The position numbers were made by a program, and so were the translations under genes. Source: Bacteroidales bacterium (GTDB lineage: Bacteria > Bacteroidota > Bacteroidia > Bacteroidales > PUMT01). Taken from it: a stretch of DNA of 64,000 bases. Positions 48,040-58,051 of the stretch are shown here, in pieces; position 1 is the stretch's first letter; every line of letters begins with the position of its first letter. The notes beneath the pieces were generated by a model. The model searched no databases. It was not told the origin of the DNA and worked only from the letters and a program-made list of their open reading frames with translations. Location of the stretch: NCBI GenBank assembly GCA_007125955.1, contig SLCF01000025.1, positions 8,105 to 72,104 on the forward strand. Direction: 5' to 3'.

Positions 48040-48909
48040 TTAGTATTCCCAAAGATCCTGCTCCCAGTTGAAAAGCATCTCTTTTATTCTTTCAGATTCA
48101 TATTGAATTTCCAGACCCACAGCGTATTCACTTATAGCTCTGTTGTCGTAGACGTTGGATTCCTGGTAGATATAACTTGCGAACCTTCTTTGAACAAAAA
48201 GGTCGTCAAATGAAAGAGAAGCAATATCATTGAAGGGGGTATATACTTCGTAGCGGGCAAGCATATCCCTTGCTTCCGGGTAATAAACCCAGAATAACTG
48301 TCTGCGTAAAGTTTCCATATCGTCAAAATCGAGCTGGTCAATTTCTGCTTCCTCAATTTCGCGTGTATATACGCGGATAGGGCAAAAACCGATTACGCGG
48401 ACCTGGAAACGTGAATGGCGCCTGTCAAAATACCACTGTTCAACCAAAAGGTATTGTTTCACTTCTGATGATCTTACCGTTCCCGGAACTTCGGTTTCTA
48501 TCATCTCCCCCGTGTCAACATCCTCAACCATTTCAATTCTGGTTTCAGCATCAAACCGGTGCTGTATCTCTTCTATGTCAAGCTCCTGCCTGAAATCGCC
48601 ATCATCATAAACAGTCAGATTGCCTTCTTCGATATGATGCATTAATACATCAATCAGGCTCATTCTTGACCCCATAGGTTCTGTGGGATAATAAAGAGGA
48701 TGGTTCATTTTTTCACGGAGATCAATCATTCTCCAGATGGTTTTAGACCATGCAATGTCGGCTTCCCTCAGATGGGGTAAGGGCACAGGCTTTCTGTTGG
48801 CAATGGTTTCTCTTTCATAAACTCCCCTTGTCTCGATCTGGGCTTCAGTAACCTGACTGTTAAAAAGGAACAGCCCAAGCCCTGCTAAAATTAAAATTAA
48901 CTTTTTCAT
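48040..48909 (-). CDS. gldN: gliding motility / T9SS protein GldN (PorN)
   Basis: Signal peptide and a conserved N-terminal block (LREADIAWSKTIWRMIDLREKMNHPLYYP). Last gene of the gldKLMN string. Confidence 0.9.
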   Translation of the reverse strand: MKKLILILAGLGLFLFNSQVTEAQIETRGVYERETIANRKPVPLPHLREADIAWSKTIWRMIDLREKMNHPLYYPTEPMGSRMSLIDVLMHHIEEGNLTVYDDGDFRQELDIEEIQHRFDAETRIEMVEDVDTGEMIETEVPGTVRSSEVKQYLLVEQWYFDRRHSRFQVRVIGFCPIRVYTREIEEAEIDQLDFDDMETLRRQLFWVYYPEARDMLARYEVYTPFNDIASLSFDDLFVQRRFASYIYQESNVYDNRAISEYAVGLEIQYESERIKEMLFNWEQDLWEY

Positions 48910-48996
48910 AATTCTTTATGACGTTTAGTTTATTTTCTCTATTTACGGCAACCCCATTTTTTCAACTTGCAATAAAGATGGTTCCCCGGATTATTG

Positions 48997-50619
48997 TCAG
49001 TTTATCCTGAAGCCTAATGACGGCAGCCTTCGTTCAGAACCATCAGGGCCAACTGCCATTATATCGTCAAACCATATTCGCTGGTTTGGCCTTGCATTCT
49101 GTATAATTGTGCGTTGCTCGTCGGTGATACGGTTGCTGTTTGAACGGGCATCGCGAACAAAGCCTCCCACTACTGTTGAAACCGTAAAGCTCTGAACCGT
49201 AAAAGTGAGGTCAAATTCAAATCCTTCCATTTCAGCAACTACCCCTGTCTGTGCAGCAAGCAGTTCCCTGTTAATATTGCCTCCTTTACGTCCTCCAACA
49301 GCTGCAACCGGGTCTGGCACCGATCTGACGCGGAAATCACGTGAACCGAGGCTTCTTGTTTCACCGTTAATGGTTGCAGTAACGGATACCACTGCATCAC
49401 GTGTTGTTGTTTCCGGGCTGACTATGTAGTTCGTGCCCGAAACCCTTCTTATAGTTCCGTTGTTTATCCTTGCAGTTACCTGGTCTGCCGGCACGCCGGG
49501 AATTGAAATTTCAACCGGATTTTCAAGCCCCTGGTAAAATACGTTCATCCTTGTAGGTGAAACAACCAGGCTTGGGTCAGCAACCTGATAGGATGAAGAG
49601 AAAGGCCTGTTAATAACTGAACCGTCCGCAGCCCTCATGCGTACAAGTCCACCCCAGTCAAAATGCCCTGTCCGTCCGGGACGGATCCGGTATATACCTC
49701 TTCCCTGGCTTACAGGAAGAGTATCAACCCTGCCTACCATCTGGTAATCTACTGTCCCGTCAGGTCTGGTGATTGTTTCGTACTGACCAATAAGAACTTC
49801 CGGTGCCTGGGTTGTGTCAAATGCAGCCAGGAAAACCTCGGCTTCATATTCGTTCCCCTGGAGTACGTGATTTGTGTTTTGTATAACTGTTGCCTCAAGT
49901 GCATTGAACATAAATGAGCCGGCATCTATTTGCTGAAGCAGGTGATTAATAACTTCTGCTTCTGCGTTTCTCACATCACCCTGCATTTTTGTCATAAGCG
50001 TCATTACAGCTATCATAGGTATATATGAGAAATGCTTTGTTTCCCAGGTTGGTGTGGCCCCGTCTCTGGGCGGAGGATCAGATGTGTCAAGAGTTGTTTC
50101 AACTGCTGAAATAACACCTGTATATTCTTCGTCAACAATTGACTTAAGAAAATCGCGGTAATCCTCTATTGCATTTTTAAGGTCTCTGGCCTTTCCTGCA
50201 TCCTGGGCACCCAGCATTACCTGTCCGGGTACGGTCAAATTCTCTGACTGCATTATTTTGTCACTTAACACAATGCCGTCAACAACGGCTTCAGTGTTTT
50301 GCCCCTCGGCAGTGGTAACAATTTCTACCTTTAGCTCTTCAATATAATCATAAAGTTTGTTTGCTTCTTCCCTTACCATTTGGGCTTTTTCCCTCCATGT
50401 TTCTACCCTCTCCGGATTTTCTGCGTATCTCTGGTCAAATTCACGGTATGTCAATTCGTTTTTTGACATAAAGTTGTCTATTGTCCTACCCAGTCCTTCA
50501 TCAACAATCACGAACGAGTCAAGTACCTCAACTGACACATTGAGCGCCAGCAGTGCCATAAGCACCAGGTACAGCATACCGATAAGTTTCTGTCTCGGGG
50601 TTTCCTTTTTTCCTGCCAT
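48997..50619 (-). CDS. gldM: gliding motility / T9SS protein GldM (PorM)
   Basis: N-terminus TPRQKLIGMLYLVLMALLALNVS (single TM) is the GldM signature, followed by a long periplasmic region. Confidence 0.9.
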   Translation of the reverse strand: MAGKKETPRQKLIGMLYLVLMALLALNVSVEVLDSFVIVDEGLGRTIDNFMSKNELTYREFDQRYAENPERVETWREKAQMVREEANKLYDYIEELKVEIVTTAEGQNTEAVVDGIVLSDKIMQSENLTVPGQVMLGAQDAGKARDLKNAIEDYRDFLKSIVDEEYTGVISAVETTLDTSDPPPRDGATPTWETKHFSYIPMIAVMTLMTKMQGDVRNAEAEVINHLLQQIDAGSFMFNALEATVIQNTNHVLQGNEYEAEVFLAAFDTTQAPEVLIGQYETITRPDGTVDYQMVGRVDTLPVSQGRGIYRIRPGRTGHFDWGGLVRMRAADGSVINRPFSSSYQVADPSLVVSPTRMNVFYQGLENPVEISIPGVPADQVTARINNGTIRRVSGTNYIVSPETTTRDAVVSVTATINGETRSLGSRDFRVRSVPDPVAAVGGRKGGNINRELLAAQTGVVAEMEGFEFDLTFTVQSFTVSTVVGGFVRDARSNSNRITDEQRTIIQNARPNQRIWFDDIMAVGPDGSERRLPSLGFRIN

Positions 50620-50646
50620 AATTCCAGTATGGATTTAACGTTTTCT

Positions 50647-51606
50647 TTATTTTGGTTTATTAACCATGCTCATTGCCGAGAGCATATTTCCGTAAATGGA
50701 GTTCAGGTCGGAAAGATTCCTGCTGAGTTTCGAAATTTCTTCCCTGTACTTGTCTGTCTCTTCCACCGAGGTTTTTAGATTGTTTGTTACATTGCCCAGA
50801 TCTTTGTAGACTTCCTGGGAGCTTTTCATATGCTCGTTATTGCTCTGTAGTTGGAGTTCATATACCGCATTAAGAGCTGCAAGGTTCTTGTTTATATGTC
50901 CCAGTTTTTCCCCTATGCTTTTATTTCCTTCACTTATTGTTTCATTTTCGCTGGTTACCGATTCTGACAGCTGGTTGTAGGATCTTAAAAGCTCATTTGT
51001 AGTGTTCTGAAAAGCTTCAGAGCTTTGTCTGAGATTTCCCGAAGTCTGATTGAAAGTTTCACTCAGGGAATCGACTGATGAAGCAGCTTTCTTAACATTT
51101 GACACATATTCGTTTGTTGCCGCAGCAGCATCCGAAATGTCAGAAAGTTTTTCAGTGGTTGCATTGAGGTTTTGCAATCCTTTACCCAATTTTTCAAACA
51201 TTTCAGGGCTTATTTCAGCGTTCTGGACCATTTCATCAAATCTGGCAAGTGCTGAAGAACTGCCGGCAGCCGGCGGTGCATATCCGCCCCCGCCATGTGT
51301 GTAACTTCCAACACTTCTTTGCCTTGGCTGTGGGCTGGCCTCCTGGTCATCGTCAAAATCTTCTCCCATGCCTGCTAGCTCAGGATAAACCAGTGTCCAG
51401 TCATATTCTTCATGTGTCGGCTCAAATGCAGAGAAGAAGAAAATGATAGCTTCCGTTGTAAGTCCCACCGTAAGCATTATGCCTGCAAACGGCCAGTGCT
51501 GGATTTTGAAGAGGGCTCCCAATATAACAATTGATGCACCTATTCCGTAAAGTTTGGCCATAAAGTTTTTCCAGCCTGCACTCTGTACTATTTCGCTAAA
51601 GCTCAT
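50647..51606 (-). CDS. gldL: gliding motility / T9SS protein GldL (PorL)
   Basis: Two N-terminal TM helices (LYGIGASIVILGALFKIQHW; AGIMLTVGLTTEAIIFFFSAFEP) followed by a cytoplasmic coiled-coil-like tail. Confidence 0.9.
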   Translation of the reverse strand: MSFSEIVQSAGWKNFMAKLYGIGASIVILGALFKIQHWPFAGIMLTVGLTTEAIIFFFSAFEPTHEEYDWTLVYPELAGMGEDFDDDQEASPQPRQRSVGSYTHGGGGYAPPAAGSSSALARFDEMVQNAEISPEMFEKLGKGLQNLNATTEKLSDISDAAAATNEYVSNVKKAASSVDSLSETFNQTSGNLRQSSEAFQNTTNELLRSYNQLSESVTSENETISEGNKSIGEKLGHINKNLAALNAVYELQLQSNNEHMKSSQEVYKDLGNVTNNLKTSVEETDKYREEISKLSRNLSDLNSIYGNMLSAMSMVNKPK

Positions 51607-51655
51607 GTTGATTTGTTTTTAAATTTAAATTACTCTTTTTCCCGATTAATTTTTT

Positions 51656-53011
51656 TTACCACCATTGTCTTCCGCCCCCCTTGTCACCAAGGTATGAGCG
51701 CACATTTCTGAACCCGATGTATGAATTGGCGGTATCCTGGTATTCATAAGACCTTGTGCTGACCTGTAAGTAGTAAGCAACATCCTTCCATGATCCTCCC
51801 CTTACAACTTTACGCTTAAGGGCAGGCGGATCATCGGGCAGTGCATTGTAGCTGTAATTGGGGTTCATGTCATGCGTTACGATGTAAAAAGACTCATCGT
51901 ATGCATTTTGCGTCCATTCAGCAACATTCCCCGCCATGTCGTAAAGACCATAGTCATTTGGTTCAAATGACGCCACAGGCGCCGTGTAAAGCCAGCCGTC
52001 ATCGGTATAGTTTCCCCTAAGCGGCTTGAAGTTTGCAAGGAAACATCCGTCATAATTCCTTGTATAGGGCCCTCCCCATGGATAGGGCGACAATGTAAGA
52101 CCGCCACGGGCAGCGTACTCCCATTCAGATTCAAGAGGAAGTCTGAAGTTCTGGACAAATCCCATGCCTCTCTTGGCAAGATGATCGTTCAGATATTTTG
52201 TTCTCCAGATGCTGAATGCATTCGCCTGCTTCCAGGTTACCCCGACCACCGGGTAGTCGTCATATGAAGGATGCCAGAAATACATGTTAGCCATCGGCTC
52301 GTTGTATGAATAGGTGAAATCGTGTATCCATACAAGTGTGTCGGGATATACATTCACCTCATCTCTCAGAACGAAAGATGAGCGATCGGTTATGGGAGAC
52401 TCTTCTCCTCTCTGGTCATATACTACACCCTCATATTCCCCGGTTTCAAAATTGTATCGGTTTGATCTGCGGGCAGCCTGATCGTAATCAACCCAGAAGT
52501 ACTCAAAGTTAAGTTTGCGTGTATCAAGCTCCCTTCTTCCCCAGAAACGCTCATCTCCCTGGTAATAGAGTTCCTCAAGAATTTGCCTTGTTTCCGGATC
52601 TTCATCGTCGATTCGTTCATCCCAGTTCAGTATCGGCTCATCCAGAGGGTTGCCGAACTCATCCTCCTGGATGATATATTCGGTTCTTCCGGCGTCCGCA
52701 AGTGTCTTTCTCATTATGGAGTCGCGTACGTAGTACACGAACTGCCGGTATTTATTATTGGTTATCTCCGTTTCGTCCATCCAGAACGCATCAACCGAAA
52801 CAGTCCTGGTAAAGGCGTTTTGAGCCCACATAACATCTTCATCACTGGGGCCCATTACAAAACTCCCCTGTGGAACAAATACCATTCCGTAAGGGTCGGG
52901 TTCAAACCATGTATCCCTGTCACGAACACCTACAAGTTCGCCTGTGGGAGCCCTTCCGCAACTGCTGAAGATTACAGCAGCAATTAAACTTAGCACAAAA
53001 AAATTTTTCAT
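51656..53011 (-). CDS. gldK: gliding motility / T9SS lipoprotein GldK (PorK), FGE-sulfatase/SUMF1-like
   Basis: Lipoprotein signal (VIFSSC), FVPQGSFVMG, and the C-terminal RGGSW / GFR motif of the SUMF1 fold. Confidence 0.9.
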   Translation of the reverse strand: MKNFFVLSLIAAVIFSSCGRAPTGELVGVRDRDTWFEPDPYGMVFVPQGSFVMGPSDEDVMWAQNAFTRTVSVDAFWMDETEITNNKYRQFVYYVRDSIMRKTLADAGRTEYIIQEDEFGNPLDEPILNWDERIDDEDPETRQILEELYYQGDERFWGRRELDTRKLNFEYFWVDYDQAARRSNRYNFETGEYEGVVYDQRGEESPITDRSSFVLRDEVNVYPDTLVWIHDFTYSYNEPMANMYFWHPSYDDYPVVGVTWKQANAFSIWRTKYLNDHLAKRGMGFVQNFRLPLESEWEYAARGGLTLSPYPWGGPYTRNYDGCFLANFKPLRGNYTDDGWLYTAPVASFEPNDYGLYDMAGNVAEWTQNAYDESFYIVTHDMNPNYSYNALPDDPPALKRKVVRGGSWKDVAYYLQVSTRSYEYQDTANSYIGFRNVRSYLGDKGGGRQWW

Positions 53012-53070
53012 AACCTGCGTGATTATTTAGAATATATTAAGATATTATTTTTTTCAATCATTTTTTCAAA

Positions 53071-54039
53071 TTAAAGAATCCTGATGCTTTTATGACTGCC
53101 TGTTGTTCTGTCAATGCTGAGACTGAAACAGTATCGAAGCACAAATTCATGTGATCCTTTGCTGTGCCTGTTTATAGAACTTGTAGCAAAATCATACGAA
53201 TAACCAAGCTGGATACCGTTAAATATTTCCAGTCCTGCCATTCCTACAATTGCCGATCCGCTTCTGTAATATAAACCTCCCCACAGTTTATTGTCGTAAT
53301 TTATCTGCCCTCCAACGCTTACCTGTGAAATTGATCCGTCTGACTGTACCATTACCGAAGGCATCAGTTCAAAACCGGGATTGTCCAGGACGAAACTATA
53401 CCCTGCTGTCATGTAATAGTGTCTGCTCAGAAAGGATGTGGCCGAACCGGAGTATTCCAATACCGGTTCTGTAATATGTGTTGCCGAAAGACCAAAATAC
53501 AACTGGTCTGTATTATAATATAACCCAAAAGAAAAATCCGGGATCAATATACTTTCATTACCCGCCGGTATTGAGGGATCAGAGGATGGGTGGGTGTGGT
53601 GGTCGCTTTCGGGAACTACCCATTCTGCATCAAGAGAATTATTGATCAGTCCGAAACTTGCTCCCACCCCTATCTTGCCCGGACCGGCGTTTGTTCTGTA
53701 GGCATATGTAAGTGATATGCCAAGGTTGTTCTGAAATCCGGCCTGATCGTTCATTATGTGTAATCCTGCTCCATGTTCAGCTCCAAACAGCCTGAAAGGA
53801 GAGCTGATTGAAAAAGCGGAAGTTACCGGCGCATCATCAAAACCTGCCCACTGCTGGCGGTTTAGTGCTGTTGCACATATTGCATCTTTGCTTCCTGCAT
53901 ATCCCGGATTGAACATCATAATGTTATACATATTTTGACTGAATTGCGGATCCTGCTGCGCAGAGCATAAAGATGCTGTCATAAAGAATACAAGGCATAT
54001 TATCCATTTCTGTTTGTTATTTTTTAAACTTCCGATCAT
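53071..54039 (-). CDS. porP: PorP/SprF-family T9SS membrane protein (PorP position of the operon)
   Basis: Signal peptide followed by QQDPQFSQNMYNIMMFNPGYAG. Lies directly upstream of gldK, as in porP-porK-porL-porM-porN operons. Confidence 0.8.
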   Translation of the reverse strand: MIGSLKNNKQKWIICLVFFMTASLCSAQQDPQFSQNMYNIMMFNPGYAGSKDAICATALNRQQWAGFDDAPVTSAFSISSPFRLFGAEHGAGLHIMNDQAGFQNNLGISLTYAYRTNAGPGKIGVGASFGLINNSLDAEWVVPESDHHTHPSSDPSIPAGNESILIPDFSFGLYYNTDQLYFGLSATHITEPVLEYSGSATSFLSRHYYMTAGYSFVLDNPGFELMPSVMVQSDGSISQVSVGGQINYDNKLWGGLYYRSGSAIVGMAGLEIFNGIQLGYSYDFATSSINRHSKGSHEFVLRYCFSLSIDRTTGSHKSIRIL

Positions 54040-54298
54040 TTTAACAGTTCGGCCAATTAATTTTTATGACATCCGCAAACCTGTAAATTATAAGTTCGTT
54101 GTTCTTTATACTGAAATTTGCTTTTAAGGTTTCTCAAAATGCAAATATTTTTTGAAATTTAAATAATAATTGATTAAAATAATTGGCACATTATCATGAA
54201 AATCAATAATTATACTTGAAGATATAAATGAACACAGGCCGGTAAATGGCTCTGAATACGGGGGAAACAGTACAATAATCAATATTCAGATCGCTTCA

Positions 54299-55453
54299 TT
54301 AATTGATTTTTTTAAATGTCCTCCACCATCTTTCGGGTATTTCCTGGTTGCAGCCAGTCCTGTAATCTTCATAAGAGCAAGCTATTATCAGGTTTCTGTG
54401 TATACGTGATGAAGGAACTTCCATCCACCAGCGCTCACTTACTGAACTTTTGTAGAATACCAGTTCATTGTCGCTTTCACTCAGGTTAATGATGAATTTT
54501 TTGCAGTTTTTTGTCTTGTCAAAGGGATATTCAGCTTTTCTCCCGGAAACCCCTTCCAGGAAATACCATACTATTTGTGCAGCAAGATGAGCAGTTGCTT
54601 CGTTTACAGCCTGACCCGGTGAAAGGTCAAATATTCCGGCAGAACTGAGGCGGTCACTTAATCCTGCATATTTTGCCAGCTGGCATGCTTCTTCCGCATA
54701 TAAACCGTTGGGAGAGGGGCATGCATTAACGGGTGCATCCGATTGCCTGATGGCTGACATGCTGAATACAAGTATATCAGTGTCACGCATTACTGGATCA
54801 GCCTCTTTCATATCAGAGCGGATTTTACCAAGCCTGAAATAGTCGAATAGCAACTCTTCCAGGAGCTCTATCTCTTTTTTTGTTGTAAAACAAGACTGGT
54901 ATCCGATATTTGTATAGTTGAACAGATTGTTGTTCTGCTCAAGTATTATTTTATTGAGGTAATCATAACTCTGTTCGTTACCATCCACTGCCCCTGAAAG
55001 TCCGGGTTTCTGATCAACAGAAGTTATGTTTACAGTTTTGTTGAATTTTTCGTAGGCTGAAAAAATCTGGTAAGCCAGCTTTTGTTCACCGCCAATGAAA
55101 AAGGGTGTTATATTCCGGCTTAAAAGCATATAGGTTATATCAAAAAGTGCAGCATTCAAATCGGCCGGGGTGCGTCCCTGTTTCAGGTTGCCCAGGTCGG
55201 CTAACCCGGTTTTCAGGTCGTGTGTGCTCAGGTTGTAGAGGTGCAGTCTGACAGCGTCAGCAACTTCCGTGTTGCCCGCCTTTCCGTTAATGTTGAAGTT
55301 TGGGATCCCTATTAGCGCTATCCCTTTATCAGGCAGTTCAGGGATTCCCTTTTCTTCAGAATGTATTCCTGCAAAGCGGCCTATACTGTTGCTTTTTACA
55401 GAATTGAACAAGTTTTCTTTTATTACAGGATCTAGGTAATCAATTAATTCCAT
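54299..55453 (-). CDS. arginase/formiminoglutamase-fold protein, apparently lacking the metal-ligand residues
   Basis: ORF 54299..55495 starts at a TTG; the ATG is at 55453. Blocks align by eye to ureohydrolase signatures but are substituted (IGGEQKLA, TSVDQKPG, VFSMSAIRQSDAP...CPSPNGL). It also has a C-terminal extension. Confidence 0.6.
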   Translation of the reverse strand: MELIDYLDPVIKENLFNSVKSNSIGRFAGIHSEEKGIPELPDKGIALIGIPNFNINGKAGNTEVADAVRLHLYNLSTHDLKTGLADLGNLKQGRTPADLNAALFDITYMLLSRNITPFFIGGEQKLAYQIFSAYEKFNKTVNITSVDQKPGLSGAVDGNEQSYDYLNKIILEQNNNLFNYTNIGYQSCFTTKKEIELLEELLFDYFRLGKIRSDMKEADPVMRDTDILVFSMSAIRQSDAPVNACPSPNGLYAEEACQLAKYAGLSDRLSSAGIFDLSPGQAVNEATAHLAAQIVWYFLEGVSGRKAEYPFDKTKNCKKFIINLSESDNELVFYKSSVSERWWMEVPSSRIHRNLIIACSYEDYRTGCNQEIPERWWRTFKKIN

Positions 55454-55492
55454 TTCTGCATTTTTTCTTGTTTTGCTGATTTTAAAGGAGGG

Positions 55493-55500
55493 CAAAAGTA
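55493..55500 (-). promoter_or_regulatory. candidate -7 promoter box (TACTTTTG) for the arginase-fold gene
   Basis: Plus-strand CAAAAGTA is the reverse complement of TAnnTTTG, 40 nt upstream of the ATG at 55453. Confidence 0.4.
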
Positions 55501-55594
55501 TAGTATGAGCTGCCGGCAGACCACGAACTTTGTCTATTGTAAAGGTTCCAACTTTTCACTGGCAGCAGCATTATATTATTTTATGGAGGAGTAA

Positions 55595-57934
55595 TTACTT
55601 TTTTTTCCTTCCACCCGCTTTTCTTTTTTTTCCTTTGGGCTTAGAATTCTTTATTATTAACATACATTCTTCAAAATCGAGCTTTTCGGGATCGGCATCC
55701 TTTGGAAGCCTGTAATTTTTATCCGCGAATGAAATGAAAGGCCCCCAGCGACCTTTAAGGATAGTCATTTTCTTGTCCCCTTTCTCCAGGGTTTTAATTA
55801 TTTTCTCCCTGTCCTTCTTCCTCTTCTCCTCTATCACCTCAACTGCCCTGTCAAGTGTTACTGTCAGAGGGTCATCATTTTCGCCCCTGAGAGAATAGAA
55901 TTTTGAGTCATGCCTTACAAAAGGTCCGAACCGACCTACACCGGCAACCACTTCACTGTTTTCATATTCACCCAGTTTTCGCGGGAGCCTGAATAGTTCC
56001 AGGGCTTCCTCAAGGGTAATTGTTTCCAGGTGCTGTCCCTTACGCAATCCTGCAAAACGGGGTTTTTCGGTATTGTCAGTTTCGCCCATCTGTGCCATCG
56101 GACCAAACCTGCCGATTTTGACATAAACGTTTTTGCCGGAAACCGGATCTTTGCCAAGCAGTCGCTCACCCTTGCTTCTTTCGCTTGTTTCAAGAGTGGT
56201 TTCTACTTTTTTATGGAATGGAACGTAGAATTTATCTATCATTTCAACCCATTTCAGTTTACCCTCCGCAATAAGGTCAAATTCTTCCTCAACTGATGCA
56301 GTAAAATTGTAATCCATTATCTCTGGAAAGTATTTAATAAGGAAATCACATACAAGCATCCCAATATCATTGGGGAAGAGTTTGGCTTTTTCAGCACCGG
56401 CAGTTTCTGTTTTGACCTCTTCAGTGATCCGGTTTTCCTTGAGCGTTACTGAGTTATAGTTGCGGGATTTACCGGGCCGGTCTTCCTTTTCTACATATCC
56501 CCTGTTCTGTATAGTGGATATTGTCGGTGCATAAGTTGAAGGGCGACCGATTCCGAGCTCCTCAAGTTTTTTTACCAGACTTGCTTCAGTGTACCTCGGG
56601 GGATGATGGGTAAAACGTTCGGTTGCCTGTACCGATAAAGCCTTTAGTTTGTCGCCTGCCTTTAAAGGGGGTAAAAGGCCTCCGAAAACAGGTTCTTGTT
56701 CGTCATCGGTCGATTCAATATAGACTTTCAGGAAGCCGTCAAATATAAGAGCTTCACCTGTTGCAATGAAATTGTGCACTGATCCGGAGATCCCTATTGT
56801 GGCGGTTGTCTTTTCTATTTGCGCATCACTCATCTGGGAAGCAATTGTTCTTTTCCGGATCAGCTCGTAAAGCTTCTTCTCGTATCTTGTTCCTTCAACG
56901 GAGGTTTTTTCCAGATATGTTGGACGTATAGCCTCATGTGCCTCCTGTGCGCTTTTCGATTTGGTTTTATATCTGCGGATTTTTACGTATTTTTCTCCGA
57001 ACGCTGATTCAATTATGTTTTTTGCAGAATTAAGTGCAGACTGCGAAATATTGACAGAATCTGTTCTCATGTAGGTTATCAGACCAGCTTCATAAAGGCG
57101 TTGTGCAACTGACATTGTTTGTGATACCGAAAAACCAAGTTTTCGGCTTGCTTCCTGCTGGAGTGTTGAGGTTGTAAAAGGCGGGGCAGGTGATTTCTTC
57201 GAGGGTTTTGAAACAATGTCGGTAACTTTGTATTCGGATCCCCTGCAACTTTCAAGAAAACCGAGGACTTCTTTTTTTGTATTGAAACGTTTGGGCAGCT
57301 CAGCTTTAAACTCAGATAAGCTACTATCTTTCCCACGTATTTCAAATGCTGCAATAACACGGTAAGAAGAGCTGCTTTTAAAGCCCATTATTTCCCTTTC
57401 ACGCTCTACCAGTAATCTTACTGCAACGGACTGCACCCTTCCTGCGGAAAGACCCTGCTTCACCTTCTTCCATAAGACCGGGGAAAGCTCGAATCCAACA
57501 AGCCGGTCGAGTATTCTTCTTGCCTGTTGTGCCTCTACAAGTCTTTTATTTATCGGGCGCGGATTTTTTACCGCATTCGAAATGGCTTCCTTTGTTATTT
57601 CATGAAAGACAATTCTTTTCGTTTTATCTTCCTTCAGCTCCAGCACCTCTGCCAGATGCCATGCAATAGCCTCACCTTCACGATCCTCGTCAGAAGCGAG
57701 CCAAACAGTCTGAGCCTTTTTTATTGCTTTTTCAAGCTCGGAAACCACTTTTTTCTTCTCTTCCGGTATAACGTAATGGGGGATGTATCCGTTATCAATA
57801 TCGATACCGTAATTTTTTTTTGAAAGGTCTCTTATATGTCCATAGCTTGATTTAACAACAAAACCTTTGCCAAGAAATTTTTCAATTGTTTTTGCTTTTG
57901 CAGGAGACTCGACAATTACAACGTTCTCTTCCAT
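55595..57934 (-). CDS. topA: DNA topoisomerase I
   Basis: Toprim N-terminus (VIVESPAKAKTIEKFLG), active-site Tyr region (ITYMRTDS) and a Lys-rich C-terminal tail. Confidence 0.95.
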   Translation of the reverse strand: MEENVVIVESPAKAKTIEKFLGKGFVVKSSYGHIRDLSKKNYGIDIDNGYIPHYVIPEEKKKVVSELEKAIKKAQTVWLASDEDREGEAIAWHLAEVLELKEDKTKRIVFHEITKEAISNAVKNPRPINKRLVEAQQARRILDRLVGFELSPVLWKKVKQGLSAGRVQSVAVRLLVEREREIMGFKSSSSYRVIAAFEIRGKDSSLSEFKAELPKRFNTKKEVLGFLESCRGSEYKVTDIVSKPSKKSPAPPFTTSTLQQEASRKLGFSVSQTMSVAQRLYEAGLITYMRTDSVNISQSALNSAKNIIESAFGEKYVKIRRYKTKSKSAQEAHEAIRPTYLEKTSVEGTRYEKKLYELIRKRTIASQMSDAQIEKTTATIGISGSVHNFIATGEALIFDGFLKVYIESTDDEQEPVFGGLLPPLKAGDKLKALSVQATERFTHHPPRYTEASLVKKLEELGIGRPSTYAPTISTIQNRGYVEKEDRPGKSRNYNSVTLKENRITEEVKTETAGAEKAKLFPNDIGMLVCDFLIKYFPEIMDYNFTASVEEEFDLIAEGKLKWVEMIDKFYVPFHKKVETTLETSERSKGERLLGKDPVSGKNVYVKIGRFGPMAQMGETDNTEKPRFAGLRKGQHLETITLEEALELFRLPRKLGEYENSEVVAGVGRFGPFVRHDSKFYSLRGENDDPLTVTLDRAVEVIEEKRKKDREKIIKTLEKGDKKMTILKGRWGPFISFADKNYRLPKDADPEKLDFEECMLIIKNSKPKGKKRKAGGRKKK

Positions 57935-58021
57935 TAAAATTCAGTTTAGTAAAGAGTTGAAAAACCGCACAAAATAAATGAATTCGTCTGTATGTTCAAA
58001 TCAATAGTGAAAAATAATTGT

Positions 58022-58029
58022 TAATTTTG
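58022..58029 (+). promoter_or_regulatory. candidate -7 promoter box (TAATTTTG) for the PBP gene
   Basis: Matches TAnnTTTG, 23 nt upstream of the ATG at 58052. Confidence 0.5.
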
Positions 58030-58051
58030 CACAAAGATTATTAAAAATAAG

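Noticed and set aside
54184-54200. TGGCAC string considered as a sigma-54 -24 element, since rpoN is in the window
   Set aside because: After the 5-nt spacer comes CATGA, not TTGC(A/T). The site is also on the plus strand, whereas both flanking genes are on the minus strand.
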